A DNA stretch of 15,544 nucleotides from Promethearchaeota archaeon (lineage in GTDB: Archaea; Asgardarchaeota; Lokiarchaeia; Sigyniarchaeales; SOKP01). Each line of letters opens with the position of its first letter. Within the stretch, counting starts at the first letter, position 1. Both the position numbers and the translations under genes were made by a program. The DNA lies in assembly GCA_011364975.1 (NCBI GenBank), contig RDOE01000074.1, positions 1 to 15,544 of the forward strand. Reading direction: 5' to 3'. The notes below the pieces were generated by a model. The model worked only from the letters and a program-made list of their open reading frames with translations. It was not told the origin of the DNA and did no database searches. This document shows positions 15,437 through 15,544 of this stretch, one piece after another.

Positions 15437-15544
15437 TTATTCTTTACGATCATGGCAAAACCAATCATCATCATAAACCTGGACACGGTCAACACTATGT
15501 AGAGCACAGTTCATATCTTCTAGTTTTTCTCTTATTTGTTCCAA
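15437..15544 (-). CDS. 3' end of a probable DUF211 family protein (runs off the window edge; absent from the ORF track)
   Basis: Manual translation gives LEQIREKLEDMNCALHSVDRVQVYDDDWFCHDRKE*; LE.M...LHSVD.V resembles the DUF211 C-terminal motif IE..G..IHSIDEV. Confidence 0.6.
   Translation of the reverse strand: MEQIREKLEDMNCALHSVDRVQVYDDDWFCHDRKE

Noticed and set aside
1-15544. CRISPR arrays, tRNA/rRNA genes, IS elements
   Set aside because: No spaced repeats, no GC-rich structured islands, and no transposase/integrase ORFs or terminal inverted repeats were seen.

Overview
AT-rich (about 30% GC by eye) archaeal chromosomal window, most likely from an Asgard archaeon (Lokiarchaeia-like). 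This is inferred from a Rab-like small GTPase, a lysine-tailed archaeal histone, a eukaryote-like SerRS, TrmB, CofC and BRE/TATA promoters. 109-6080 (+) is an apparent F420-linked heterodisulfide-reductase operon: frhB-like, a split and apparently deleted HdrC/HdrD-like gene, a 1029-aa tandem double HdrA and mvhD, with no hydrogenase catalytic subunits in the window. It is followed by a 60-aa basic helical protein, serS and a coiled-coil gene (+), then cofC, a Rab-like GTPase, TrmB, a membrane protein and an extended SDR (-). A 566-bp divergent intergenic region precedes the histone (+), and a (-) cluster of HIT, DUF2299-like, hypothetical and partial DUF211-like genes ends the window. The most notable items are the histone variant (Lys-rich tail plus H49D/L62K/R19L/T54R changes), the FrhB-HdrD-HdrA(x2)-MvhD module and its broken Fe-S subunit, and an ~18-aa interswitch insertion in the GTPase. 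No tRNA, rRNA, CRISPR array or mobile element was recognised. All family calls come from motif recognition by eye; no searches were run.
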